Shown here in pieces: positions 13,382 to 26,262 of a DNA stretch of 64,000 nucleotides. Both the position numbers and the translations under genes were made by a program. The notes beneath the pieces are model-generated. The model was not told the DNA's origin and ran no database searches. It saw only the letters and a list, made by a program, of their open reading frames with translations. Numbering within the stretch: position 1 is the stretch's first letter; every line of letters begins with the position of its first letter. Origin of the DNA: Mobula birostris (Eukaryota); contig NC_092388.1 of NCBI RefSeq assembly GCF_030028105.1, forward strand, positions 57,604,581 through 57,668,580. The letters run 5' to 3'.

Positions 13382-13490
13382 GTCCTGCCGAAGGGTTTCA
13401 GCCCGAGAGATTGACTGTACTTTTTTCCTTTATATGTTGCCTGTTCTGCTGAGTTTCCTGCAGCATTTTGTGTGTGTGACTCAGATACAG
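13382..13490 (+). mobile_element. Penelope terminal-repeat fragment with degenerate hammerhead
   Basis: gtcctgccgaagggtttcagcccgagagattgactg followed by gctgagtttcctgcagcattttgtgtgtg. Confidence 0.65.
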
Positions 13491-15900
13491 AGATATTCTT
13501 TTGTTTATGAAAAGTAAATTTATAACATTTCTAATTCAAACACATGTAAATTGAAGAATGACTATAGAGAAATAGACTCCTGAGCTTAATTGATGATATA
13601 AAACTTCACATTCCTATCATTCCTGTAGATCTCAAATTAGATACTTAGAGACGCTTATGTAAGTGTTACGACATATCCGGGAAAGCATACAGCTCTAGAC
13701 CTAGACATCGAGGGACAACAGTCCAAGCATATTGGATAGAAGCAGGAGTGTTTAGCTGTTCTGTTGTATATCTTACTGTACACACTATTTTTATTACAAA
13801 TTACTATAAATTGCACAATGCACATTCTAACAGAGATGTAACGTAAAGGTTTTTACTCCTCGTGTGTGAAGAATGTAAGAAATAAAGTCAATTCGATTCA
13901 ATTCAGCCTGGATTTGTTCTTTTTCAATCTGTTATGTTCACATGTCCTTTGGGCCTCAGTAAAATAGCTGTACCCAGTAATAGGTAGAGTGTTTTCACTC
14001 TTTTTATGTAGCATTTTGATTCCCTGAGATATTCACTATTTGTACACAATAAAATGGGTTAATCGAAATATTTAAAAGTCCAGACCTGTATGATAGGAAG
14101 GTTATTATTAACAATCTTAAATATTCATGAGTTCCTAAGGGATAATTTAAGGTTCACATTGGTTTAATGCCATACACACTAGACTGCAATGGAATTCCAT
14201 GCTCATTCAAGTTCAAAGTAAATTTTATTATCAAAATACATAGACGTCACCATATACAACCCTGAGATTCATTTTCTTATGGACATACTCATCAAATCTA
14301 TAGAATAGTAACAAGATCAATGAAAGATCAACCGGAGTGCAGAAGACAACAAACTGAGCAAAAGAAAAAGGCAATAAATAATGAGAATATGAGATAATGA
14401 GATAAAGAATCCTTAAAGTGAGATCATTGGTGGAGGAACGTTTCAACGATGGGATAAGTGAATGTAGTTATCCCCTTTTATTCAAGAGCCTGGTGGTTGA
14501 GGGGTAGTAACTGTTGTGTGAAGTGCACAGAGTAAATGGTATTACATGATCATAATAAATATAGCAAAGAGCACACAAACAACAGAATACAGACATATAA
14601 TCTGAGCTAGTGCAAAAATGGTAACAATAATGGAAGAGGTAGAATTAATGGTTTGAAAATACCGGGAAGTGAGGTGGGAAAGAGTTTCAGAGGTCCGATG
14701 GCAGTGCGAAGAGCTGTTCTTAAGTCTAGTCATCTGGGCTTTTAGGCTTTTGCTATTGCAAGCTGTCAAAGCTGGCACGGAGCCTTGCTCAGACAGAACT
14801 GCAAAATGCCCGTTAAGTCATCAAGTATCAACTAATGATCAGAATCTGGAAAAATTAATGAATTAGGTACACCAACCTTCCACCAGAAACTTACTGCCTT
14901 GAGAACAAAGAATGTTAGATTTGAAAGTAATTGTTTCAACAATTTATAACTATAGAATCATGAGTCAGGATTAATTTAGACAATGGGACTAGCCAGGATT
15001 TCCTGCAACCTATGAAGTATGATTTCTAGATTAGCCATCCGTCTTTGGCACCTGTATAATATACTATCTCACTTGATGGATCTTATTGTTGCTGCCAGTG
15101 CTGTATTGTATTTTGACAAGAGCTCTGCTTACGGCAACTTTCTATCCCCGGGGATCTATTTGTAATATGTACATTATGTAACTCATAATAAATCAGTTCC
15201 ATGATCAGGGAATTAGAAAATATGAAAGATCTGCTGATCTGTTTACTATACAGAATGCACTAAAATAGTTTAATCAGAGTTTGAGGTCTAATGAAGAAAC
15301 TTTCTCAGAAGTGTGTTCTGAGATAGTAAAGGTAATAAGCTGTTGTCAAACAGATAGGCCACGTTATTGTAGCCAATGCCACACCCTCTGATTAGATAGT
15401 GGTAGACTGCAGTGTGATTACTAGAATATATTGACTAACAAAACAGATATTTTGTTCAGCCTTTGAGGGATGGAGGGAATGTGTGAGGGGGAAATGTGCA
15501 AGCAGAACATATTTAGTTTAATTTGGCTTGCGTTTGACGAAGACATCATGGATTAGAGGCCCAATTCTATGTTCTGTAAAACTACATTGCCCTCTGATCT
15601 CACCATCGGTAGATGTTGTAATGGTTGAACTAGGAATCATGAAGGCAGATCACACCAAGACCATAACAATGAAAAAAATTGCATTTATATAGTACCTTTC
15701 CGAAAACTTAGAATGCTTCAGTATGTAATGTAGTTATAATTGCTATTTAAATATTAGGGCATTTAATTAGTACACACTGAGGTCTCATGAGCAGTAATTA
15801 GTTCATGAGTTGTTTGTGATGAAGGTGGTTGACAGATAAATATTGACAGAGCACTGAGGAGAACTGATTTAATCTTTGAATAGAGCCATGAAATCTTCTT

Positions 15901-16340
15901 AAGGGCCCCTTCTGAAGGGGGTGGGGTGGGGTTCTCAGACAACGTGGGTGTTGTGATGGAGGACTGGCCTGAATAAGGTCACCTTCTGAGGGTGGGTACT
16001 GAGACAAAGTGGGTGCTGTGATAGAGGACCGGCCTGAGTAAGGGCGCCTTCTGAAGGGGAGGGGGGGTGGTTCTCAGACAACGTGGGTGCTGTGCTGGAG
16101 GACCGACCTGAATAAGGTTACCTCCTGGTGGGGGGGGGGGTGCGGTTCTCAGACGACGTGGGTGCTGTTTTAGAGGACTGGCCTGAGTAAGGGCGCCTTC
16201 TGAAGGGGGCGGGGTGGTTCTCAGACAACGTGGGTGCTGTGCTGGAGGACTGGCCTGAATAAGGTCACCTTCTGAAGGTGGGGGGGGGGCGGTTCTCAGA
16301 CAACGTGGGTGCTGTGCTGGAGGACTGGCCTGAATAAAGG
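15901..16340. repeat. G-rich minisatellite, six units of ~65-75 bp
   Basis: Unit ccttctgaag(G-run)ggttctcagacaacgtgggtgctgtgctggaggactggcctga(ataaggtca|gtaagggcg). Confidence 0.9.
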
Positions 16341-16809
16341 ACAGCTTGAGCCCACAGTATTCTGGCTCAGGGTGAGATGCTGCAGCTGAGCTCGGCTGAC
16401 ACAGTCCACAACATCCTTTCAGCCAGACCCAAATGTGCAGAATGGATGATGATAAATGGAAATAGATCACAAAATATACAAATAAAACTGCAGCCTCGGG
16501 ATAGGCGAGGGAGATAAAATCAAAACACTCACCAAATGTGTTCCAGAGCAACCTCCTACTAAAACCAAGAGAGCAGCTGGAAAATGACTGCTATAGTTGT
16601 GGTTTACATGACCAGCTTCTTTAAAGCTATTTAAATTACAAAGAGATTCAACCTTTGCCACATGCATATTTTTATTAGAAATGAGCTCTAACAGGTTGCA
16701 TCATGGACTGGTACATTAGTTTGAATGCACAGAGTGTAAGAAGCTGGAAAGAGATTCAGCCCAGCACATTCCTCAGTGGTATCTACTTGAAGCGCTGGCT
16801 GAAGAAGAC

Positions 16810-17900
16810 AATATTTATCAAAATCGAAGTACACATACAGTGTGCTATATACTGCTTTGAGATTAATTTTCTTGCAGGCATTTACAGGAGGAATTTGATA
16901 AAATTCATGATGAAGTGCACATAAGCAAAGACTTACAACCAATGTTCAAATGAAGACAAATAGTGTAAATACTGAGAACTTGAGTTGTAGAGTCCCTGAA
17001 AATGAGTCTGTAGATTGTGGAATCAGTTCAGAGTTTCAGTGAGTGAAGTTATTCACACTGGTTCAAGAGCCTGATGGATGCAGGGTCATAGCTGTACCTG
17101 AACCTGGTGGTATGGGACCTAAGACTTCTGTACCTCCTGCTTGATGGTAGTTGTGAGAAGAGAGCATAGCTTGGCTTGATGATGGACGCTGCTTTCCTGT
17201 GGCATCCCTTCATGTAAATGTACTCAGTGGTGGGGAGGGCTTTGCCTGTGATGGTCTGGGCTGTATCCACCACTTTTTGCACACTTTTCCATTCCTAGGC
17301 ATTGCTGTTTAAATACCAGACGATGATGTAACCGGTTAGGATACTTTCCCTGTACAAATATAGAAGTTTGTCAAAGGTTTGGTATCATGCCACATCTACA
17401 CAAACTTCAAAGAAAGTAGATGCACTGTGGTGCTTTCTTTGTCATGACACTTATGTGCTGGTACAAGAACAGATCTCCTGATATGATAACACCAAGGAAT
17501 TTAAAGCAACTGAACCGGTCCACCTCTGATCTCCTATGAGGAGTGGCTCATGGATATCTGGCTTCTTCCTCCTGTAGTCAATAATCAGCTCGCTGGTTTT
17601 GCTGAAGTTGAGTGAGAGGCTGTTATTGTGGCTCTATCATCAAAGGTCCACACCTCTCGGGACATACCACCTTCTCATAGTTACTGTCAGATAGGAGATA
17701 CAGAAGCCTCCAGTCCCGCAGAACTACCAGGTTCAAGAACTGCTACTTCCTTCAACCAATTGGTTCTTGAACCAATCTGTACAACCCTAATTACCATGTT
17801 ATTATAACGACATTATGACTATTTTGCATTATAATGAATTTTGTTTTATTGTTATAATTGTATTCTTCCTTGCACTATGTTTATAATTTACATACTGCCT
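16810..17900. mobile_element. Two opposed Rex1/Babar-like 3' fragments (- to ~17635, + afterwards)
   Basis: ORF 17049-17282(-): QKVVDTAQTITGKALP...LPSSRRYRSLRSHTTRFRYSY. A homologous + strand piece spans 17636-17780. Confidence 0.7.
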
Positions 17901-17945
17901 TGAGATTAATTTTTTTACAGGAAAATAAAGAAATCCATATATCCA

Positions 17946-18139
17946 TACGGGTCATATTCTGCATAGAGATCGGTGACCAGTGGTGTGCCTCAGGGATCTG
18001 TTCTGGGACCCCTTCTCTTCGTAATTTTTATAAATGACCTGGATGAGGAAATGGAGGGATGGGTTAGTAAATTTACTGATGACACAAAGGTTGGGGGTGT
18101 TGTGGATAGGGTGGAGGGCTGTCAGAGGTTACAGCAGGA
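17946..18139 (+). mobile_element. CR1 RT fragment of a different subfamily
   Basis: [23 protein letters not shown]...[11 protein letters not shown]. Confidence 0.85.
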
Positions 18140-20303
18140 AAAGTTTTTATCTGCAAGTTGAGAGGGATAAGGGCAGATCAGAAGTGTCAGTATTGCAGTT
18201 GAACAAAGGAGACTGTGGAGCCATGAGGGAGGAGCTGGCCAAAGTTGACTGGTCAGATATCCTAGCAGAAAAGACAGTGGAACAGCAATGGCGGGTATTC
18301 TTGGGAATAATGCACAAGGTGCAAAATCAGTTCATCCCCAGGAGAAGGATTGATTCAAAGGGGGGAAAATGGCCACAGTGGTTGACAAAGGAAGTCAGAG
18401 ATAGCATAGCATTAAAAAAGAAGTATAACAGAGCTAAGGTGAGTGGGAAGATGGATGATTGGGAAATTTTTAAGGAGCAACAGAACTTAACTAAAAAGGC
18501 TATACGGGGAGAAAAAATGAGGTATGAACGCAAGCTAGCTAGGAATAGGATGGCAGAAGTTTTTTTTTAGGTATGTGAAGAGAAGGAAGATAGTTAAGAA
18601 CAATATTGGGCCCTTGAAGAATGAATTGGGAGAAATTGTTATGGGAAACAGAGAAATGGCTGACGAATTTAATAAGTACTTTGGATCTGTCTTCACTAGG
18701 GAAGACACAAGCAATCTCCCAGATGTATGGATGGGCCAAGGACATAGGGTAACAGAGGAACTGAAGCAGATTGACATTAGGAAGGAAACAGTGATGAGTA
18801 GACTGATGGGACTGATGGCTAACAAATCCCCAGGTCCAGATGATCTGCATCCTAGGATACTAAAGGAGGTGGCTCTGGAAATTGCAGATGCATTGGTGAT
18901 CATTTTCCAATGTTCCTTAGATTCAGGATCAGTTCCTGAGGATTGGCGAATGGCTAATGTTATCTCACTTTTTAAGAAAGGAGGGAGGGAGAAAACAGAG
19001 AACTATCACCCTGTTAGCCTAACATCAGTAGTGGGGAAGATGCTAGAGTCCATTATTAAAGATGAAATAGCGGCATATCTTGATAGCAGTGATAGGATTG
19101 GGCCGAGCCAGCATGGATTTACCAAGGGCAAATCATGCTTGACTAATCTATTGGAATTTTTCGAGGATGTAACCAGGAAGATAGACGCGGGAGATCCAGT
19201 GGATGTGGTGTACCTTGACTTTCAGAAGGCATTTGATAAGGTACCACATAGGAGATTGGTGGGTAAAATCAGAGCTCATGGCATTGGGGGGAGGATATTG
19301 AGATGGATAGAAAACTGGTTGGCAGATAGAAAGCAAAGGGTAGCGGTGAATGGGTGTTTCTCGGAATGGCAGGTGGTGACTAGTGGGGTGCCACAGGGCT
19401 CGGTATTGGGACCACAGCTGTTTACGATTTACGTCAATGATTTAGAGGAAGGCATTGTGAATAACATCAGCAAGTTTGCTGATGATACTAAGCTGGGTGG
19501 CAGTGTGACATGTGATGAGGATGTTAGGAGAATTCAAGGTGACTTGGATAGGCTTTGTGAGTGGGCAGAAACCTGGCAGATGGTGTTAATGTGAATAAGT
19601 GTGAGGTTATTCACTTTGGGAGCAAGAACAGGAAGGCAGATTATTTTCTGAACGGTGTGGAGTTAGATAAGGGAGAAATACAGAGATCTAGGAGTACTTG
19701 TTCATCAGTCTCTGAAGGTGAATGAGCAAGTGCAGCAGGCAGTGAAGAAGGCTAATGGAATGTTGGCCTTTATTACAAAGGGAATTGAGTACAAAAGCAA
19801 GGAAATCCTTTTGCATTTGTACAGGGCCCTGGTGAGACCACACCTGGAGTATTGTGTGCAGTTTTGGTCTCCAGGGTTAAGGAAGGACATCCTGGCTGTG
19901 GAGGAGGTGCAGCGTAGGTTCACTAGGTTAATTCCTGGGATGTCGGGACTGTCTTACGCAGAGAGGTTAGAGAGACTGGGCTTGTACATGCTGGAATTAA
20001 GGAGATTGAGGGGGGATCTGATTGAGACATATAAGATTATTAAGGGATTGGACAAGATAGAGGCAGGAGATATGTTCCAGATGCTGGGAGAGTCCAGTAC
20101 CAGAGGGCATGGTTTAAGAATAAGGGGTAGGTCATTTAGGACAGAGTTGAGGAGGAACAACTTCTCCCAGAGAGTTGTGGAGGTGTGGAACACGCTGCCT
20201 CAGAAGGCAGTGGAGGCCAATTCTCTGGATGCTTTCAAGAAGGAGCTAGATATGTATCTTATGGATAGGGGTATCAAGGGTTATGGGGACAAGGCAGGAA
20301 CCG
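18140..20303 (+). mobile_element. CR1 LINE ORF2 (RT) fragment, few disablements, lacking the 3' tail
   Basis: [84 protein letters not shown]. Frameshifts near 18570, 19585 and 19680. Confidence 0.95.
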
Positions 20304-21391
20304 TAAGGCAGGCAGTTGGGCAAACCAAAGTCTCCAGGAAAATGGCGCCGGTTAACTCCAAGGTTAACTCACTAGTAGATAGGAAAGTGTAATGCTCGGC
20401 AGGAGTTGTTGTGATGGACGGTCTATATGATCTGGTGGACTAGTTGCTAGTCTTTGCTTTTCAAAATATAAAATTCAGACTTAAATATTTTAAATGAAGG
20501 AAACCAAAATAATAGCAAAACTGGCAGTCTGTCTAATGGCAAAGAAGCAGGTCATAGGGCACAGGAAGATATCAGTAGACTGGGTAGAAAGTCATAGGAC
20601 TGTCACATTAGATTCGTTCTGAAGTAAATGCAGGGTAATACTTGAGGAGAGCAAACAAGGCAAGGGAATGCACAATAATTGATAAAAAAAAAACAGAACA
20701 CTTTGGAGATTTAGAGAGATCTCACATTGCATATTCACTAGTTTTTCAGATAACAGATGGTTAAGAAGGCAAATAGTCTACTTGCCCTTACTGACCAAGA
20801 GTCAGGGAGGCCATACAGGACCTATGTGATGCATGAATTAGATCCATAGCTAGATAAAGTTTTGGTCACCATACTATGGGAAGGATGTAATACCACTAGA
20901 GAGGTAAGAGATGATTTATGAGGATATTGCAAGAGCTAAATAATTATGGTTATGAGGTGTCTGAACCAGGGTTGTTTTATTTGGAGTAAAAGGATCTGAG
21001 GAAGGTTTTAATCAAGCTTTGACAATGACAAGAGGTCTAGACAAATTGCACAGGAAGTATCAATTTCCTGATCAGAAAAGTCAGCAGTCAGAGGAGTAAA
21101 TATAATTTGTGAAAAGCTAAGAAAGGGTGTGTTCAGAATGAAAGTTTGTTTAATTTGGTGGGATTTCAGGATTGTCAGATGCATTCATTGATATGACCTC
21201 ATCGCTCTACAACCAAATCTTGAGGGTTCAGCCTGATTTTGATGAACACAACCATCTCCTCCCATGTCTTTATAGTCAGAGAGCTACCTGGCCCTTTTTG
21301 GGAAAACAAGATAACCCATCTTCCCCATCCAGGTTCATTGTGTAGTGCAGCAAAGGTGTGGAATCCATTTTCCTCCACATTTATATATTTA

Positions 21392-21667
21392 TGTTTATTC
21401 AGATACAATGTGAAATAGACCCTTCTAGCCCTTGAACCATGCCACTCAGCAATCCTCCAATTCTAGTTTAATTACAGGACAATTTACACTGACTAACTAA
21501 CCCACCAACCGAGATGTCTTTGACTGTAGGCAGAAACTGGCGCACCTGGAGGAAACCTATGTGGTCACGGGGAGAACATACAAACTCTTACAGGCAGCAG
21601 CGAAAACTGAACTCAGGTCACTGGTACTGTGAAGCATTGTGCTAACCACTACATTACCTTGGCGCCC
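21392..21667 (-). mobile_element. V-SINE/HE1-like SINE
   Basis: Homologous to 34430-34716 over its length. Confidence 0.75.
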
Positions 21668-22219
21668 AGTATCATACCATTGCCACACTGCTCTTCCCTC
21701 TTAAGACATGCAGGTTTGTGTTAGATACTTTTTAAGTGGTGCTGCTGAAAATTTGACCAGATGCCAACCAAATGCATCAATTAGCTAAATAAACAGGCAA
21801 CATAAAGTTGGTGTACTTTCTAGACCACTCAGTCAGGTTAGTTGCTCATTTTGATCTCCCTGTCTGTTTATGGAGGCTATCTCTTTTAAACCCTTCTACC
21901 ATCTGGAAGAAGAGCTTCCTATTCTATCTGAGGTTGAATTCATCTCAGGTTTTAGAAAGGGGGTCACAGCTTTCTGATCCAATTGATTCCAGGAAGGTCC
22001 TGATGCAGGATTTTGATTCAAATGATAGCAATTCCACTCCTCCCACAGATGCTGCTTGACGCGCTGAGTTCCTCCAGCAGATTGATCGATGCTCGAGATT
22101 CCAGCATCTGCAGTCTCTTGTGTCTGTAATCCAGCTGGTGTTTAAGACAATTTGCATGCAAAGTATCTCCAAAATGTGGCAGATAAAGTATGTTAAATTA
22201 ATGCATATCTGGGAGATAG

Positions 22220-23050
22220 AGAGCTTAGTAATGTGATGTTATGACAACAAACTTTGCCTCAATTTCAGGAAATCAAAAGAGCTTGTCATTGACTTCAGGA
22301 AGGTAGGCGGTGCACATGCTCCTGTCTACATCAGCAATATTGAGGTCAATAATATTGTGAGCTTCAAATTCCTAGGAGTGAAGATTACCAACTGCAAGTC
22401 CTGGTCCAACCATCTAGGTGCTATGACCAAGAAAACTCACCGACATCTCTACTTCCTCAGGAGGCAAAAGAAATTTTGCATGTCCCTGTCAACCTGTACC
22501 AAATTTTATAAATGCACCAGAAATGCATTCTATCTGGACGTGTCGTAGCCTGGTATAGTGACTGTTCTGCCCATAAACACAAAAAACTGCAGAGGGTTGT
22601 GGATACAGCTTGGTACATCATGGAAACCAGTCTCCCCTCCATGGAATCTGTCTATAATTCTTGCTGCCTCAGTAAAGCAGCCAGCATAATCAAAGGTCTC
22701 ACCCGCTCTGGATATTTTCTCTTCTCTCTCCCATCGGGCAGAAGATACAAAAGCCTGAGAGCACGTATAACCATGCTCAAGGACAGCTTCTATCCCACTG
22801 TTATAACACAACTGAATGGTTCCCTTGTATGATAAAATGGACTCTTGACATCTTAATCTACCGCATATGATATTACACCTTATTGTCCACCTGCACTATA
22901 CTGTCTTTGTAGTTATTTACAATTTATTCTGCTTTCTGTTATTGTTTTACCTTGTACTACCTCAATGCACTGTGTAATGAATGATCTGTATAAACAGTAT
23001 GCAAAGCAGGATTTTCACTTAACCTCTGTACATTTGAATGATAAACCCAT
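22220..23050 (+). mobile_element. Rex1/Babar-like LINE 3' fragment
   Basis: SFKFLGV, LYFLRR, KKLQRVVDTA, LPSGRRYKSL...KDSFYP. Confidence 0.8.
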
Positions 23051-23440
23051 TCTAATTCCACTTCGTCCAAATGAGGATGAATATTTGACTTTGTAGTGAC
23101 TTTGTAGCAATTTTCCTGACTGCAGAGGAATGACATTTAAAGGTTTCAAAGGTTTCAAAGATACACTTAAAGTCAGAGAAATATATACAATATACATTCA
23201 GAAATGCTTTTTCTTTGCAATCATCCACGAAAACAGAGGAGTGCCCCCAAAGAATGAATGACAGTTAAATGTTAGAACCCCAAAGTCCTCCCCCAGCTCC
23301 CCTCCTTCCCGCGTGTAGGTGGCAGCAAGCAACAATTCCACCTCCCCCACCGGCACAAAAAAAATCGGCACCCGCCACCAAGCACTCAAACGTGCAGCAA
23401 AGCAACAGCAAAGACACAGACTTGCAGTACCCTAAAGACT

Positions 23441-23995
23441 TTATACTTTATACTTTATTGTCGCCAAACAATTGGTACTAGAATGTACAATCATCACAGC
23501 GATATTTGATTCTGCGCTTCCCACTCCCTGGATTACAAATATTAAATATTTAGAATAGTAAAAAATAGTAAATATTAAAAATTTAAATTATAAATCATAA
23601 ATAGAAAATAGAAAAATGGAAAGTAAGGTAGTGCAAAAAAACCGAGAGGCAGGTCTGGCCCAGATCCGGGTCAGGATCCGTTCAGCAGTCTTATCACAGT
23701 TGGAAAGAAGCTGTTCCCAAATCTGGCCGTACAAGTCTTCGAGCTCCTGAGCCTTCTCCTGGAGGGAAGAGGGACGAAAAGTGTGTAGGCTGGGTGGGTC
23801 GTGTCCTTGATTATCCTGGCAGCACTGCTCCGACAGCGTGCGGTGTAAAGTGAGTCCATGGATGGAAGATTGGTTTGTGTGATGTTCTGCGCCATGTTCA
23901 CTATCTTCTGCAGCTTCTTTCGGTCTTGGACAGGACAACTTCCATACCAGGTTGTGATGCACCCTAGAAGAATGCTTTCTACAGTGCATCTATAA
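23441..23995 (-). mobile_element. Young Rex1/Babar-like 3' fragment with 7-bp TSD, nested in another repeat (~23140-24460)
   Basis: YRCTVESILLGCITTWYGSC...NSFFPTVIRLLNGS*. Tail (aagtata)n. aaagact at 23434-23440 and 23996-24002. Confidence 0.85.
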
Positions 23996-25056
23996 AAAGA
24001 CTGTTCGTTCACCCAGTATTTGACATACCACAGGCACTCTCTCTCCCTAATAAGGGAAAAAGAGGTGTCTCCGTTTCACAGCGAGAGGGGAGACATAATA
24101 AACAATTCGCTGGTTTATGATGTTAAGAGTCCATTGCGTTACTTTTTCCGAGCTGTATGCCCAAAGATCTCAGGTCTCTAGGCACACAGCCATAGATCTT
24201 CCGACTCCCACGACACACTGATCTGCCCGGACACCGACCTTTTCGATCCGCCCCTCTCCAGAGCCACAAGATCTCAGCCCTCTGACGGTGATCTGAACTC
24301 TTAGGCTGCACCCTTGGTACGTCGAATAATGGCCAGTCGTAAAACCCCAAGAGCGGGTCCCGTTCCTGTAAAAAAAAAACACTGAAGTCAGCGTGTAACT
24401 CCAGGTGAGGGTCTTCAAAAGAACCCTGAAAGGGAAAAATAGAGATATTAAAGATGGAAATAATTTATCATCGATGATGTTTTCAAATAAACTAGCATAA
24501 CCAAACTCTCAATACTATCTACAGCTAATGTATTGAAGATTTTTCCAGGTAATTCCAAATATGTTTCTTCTTATTGCAAAGCTATCACTGTTAGGTCAAG
24601 GTAGGCACAATCCTTTGCCATTCTTCCCCATGCCAATTTCAATTCTGAGGGTGTGTAGATTATAGTGAGCACATGGAGAATAGAATTTGATGCTGGTCAA
24701 GTCTAACATTCTAGGAAGAGCTTAATTCGGCTGTTCATTTGTTTCTGACTGAGAATGGCTCTAGAGAAATTTCTCACCTGAGGTACAAATTTTAACTTAG
24801 AACCATAGAACACTACAGCATAGAAAACAGGCCATTCAGCCCTTCTAGTCTGTGCTGAAACATTATTCTGCTAGTCCCATTGACCTGCATGCTGTCATGG
24901 AAGAGACTCATTATGTCTATTTTTGTAGTGTTACTGCCTTAGGTTCAGTCTCAAACACTAATATGGAACAAAGGCATAGTTATTGGAAAAATGAAGTTGC
25001 AAATTCAATAAATTTTTTGCAAAAAATATTAAATATTTGGCTTTACTGGGGAACAC

Positions 25057-26262
25057 CTCTATAGTTACCTGTACACAAGAGACTGAGGAACATTTTCTCG
25101 AGCTACCTGTACATGAAAAGGTGATGAACCGTCTCTACAATTATCTGTACACAAGAGATTGGGGGACGGTCTCTACAATTATTGCACATGTGAGAGAGCA
25201 GGAAACAATCTCAACAATTGCACTAGACAACAATTTTTTTTTAAAATGTTGCTTCCTCAGAATTTTTTTCGGATTGACTGCTTGAAACTGAACAGAAATA
25301 TTATTTCAGACTACTTAATTGCATAGAAATTTGGAGAAACAAGAAATTAACTTTTATTGAATATAATGTGTTTAATTGCATAATGGTGCTGACACTTTGC
25401 AATAGTTCAACTAAACTAAAAACATTTTATTGATGATTTTCGTTTGTGCTAAGTGTCTGAGGCTTCTTGCCTAAGTGTCCAAAAATAATCAGTCAGCATT
25501 GATCGATTTCAGTTGCTCTGAGACAGTTTCTCCATGACTGTAATGTCCTGGTGAAACCTTTCACCATACTCGTCACTAACAGAGCCAAGGTTTGCAGGGA
25601 AGAAGTCTAAATGGGATTGCAGAAAATGTATCTTCAGTGACATTTTGCACTTCATGGTTTTGTATGCTTGAAGCATGTTGTCAATCAGCCGTATATAGTT
25701 TGGTGCTCTGTAATTGCCAAGAAAATTTTCAGCAACATCCTTGTATACCTTCTGTGTGATTTTCTCTGGTCCCACTAGAAGTTCTTCGAATTGCCTTTCA
25801 TTGATGACCTGCTTGATTTGTGGTCCAACAAAAATGCCTTCCTGGATGTTGGCATCAGTTATTCTGACGTGAATTATATAACAAATATAGGGGATTTCAA
25901 AACAATAGTCCACGATAGGGAAATTTCACAGGGAGTTTCATGATCAGCAGCCCAAAATACATAAGGTACACCCGAAAGTATTCAGAAAGCAAGATCTTTG
26001 TTGTCCAGTGTTACCTGTACATGAGAGAGAGAGGGGAAGAGACTCTACAATCGCCTGTACATAAGGCATTGGAGGACAGTCTCTACAATTACATGTACAC
26101 AAGAGACTGAGTAACAGTCTGTCTAGTTATCTGGTCAAGAAGGGATGGGGAAGGCTGTGAAAAAACCTGGACACTCAGGAGTGGGGAATGGTCTCTACAA
26201 TTACCTGCAAATGAGAGGGTGGGGAAAAGTTTCTACAATTATCTGTACATGAGAGACTGGGA
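25057..26262. repeat. Degenerate ~35-40 bp minisatellite split by a DNA transposon
   Basis: Recurrent ctctacaatta(c/t)ctgtacac/tgagagactgggg motif at 25057-25220 and 26011-26262. Confidence 0.75.
25221..26010 (-). mobile_element. Non-autonomous Chapaev3-like (CMC) DNA transposon with transposase C-terminal remnant
   Basis: TIRs cactagacaacaa / ttgttgtccagtg (12/13). Flanks ttg / tta. ORF 25509-25913: EGIFVGPQIK...FLGNYRAPNY...MSLKIHFLQSHLDFFPANLGSVSDEYGERFHQDI. Confidence 0.75.

Noticed and set aside
15901-16340. CRISPR-like array, or 190-aa proline-rich ORF 15979-16551(-)
   Set aside because: The variable parts are G-runs rather than unique spacers, there are no cas genes, and the context is vertebrate. 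The ORF is just the translated repeat.
18575-19594. 339-aa ORF as an active reverse transcriptase gene
   Set aside because: It is a fragment of CR1 ORF2 bounded by frameshifts, lacking the endonuclease and the 3' tail.
25057-26262. Repeat-spacer-like array next to an ORF
   Set aside because: The units are degenerate tandem copies with related purine-rich linkers, and the ORF is a transposase remnant within TIRs.
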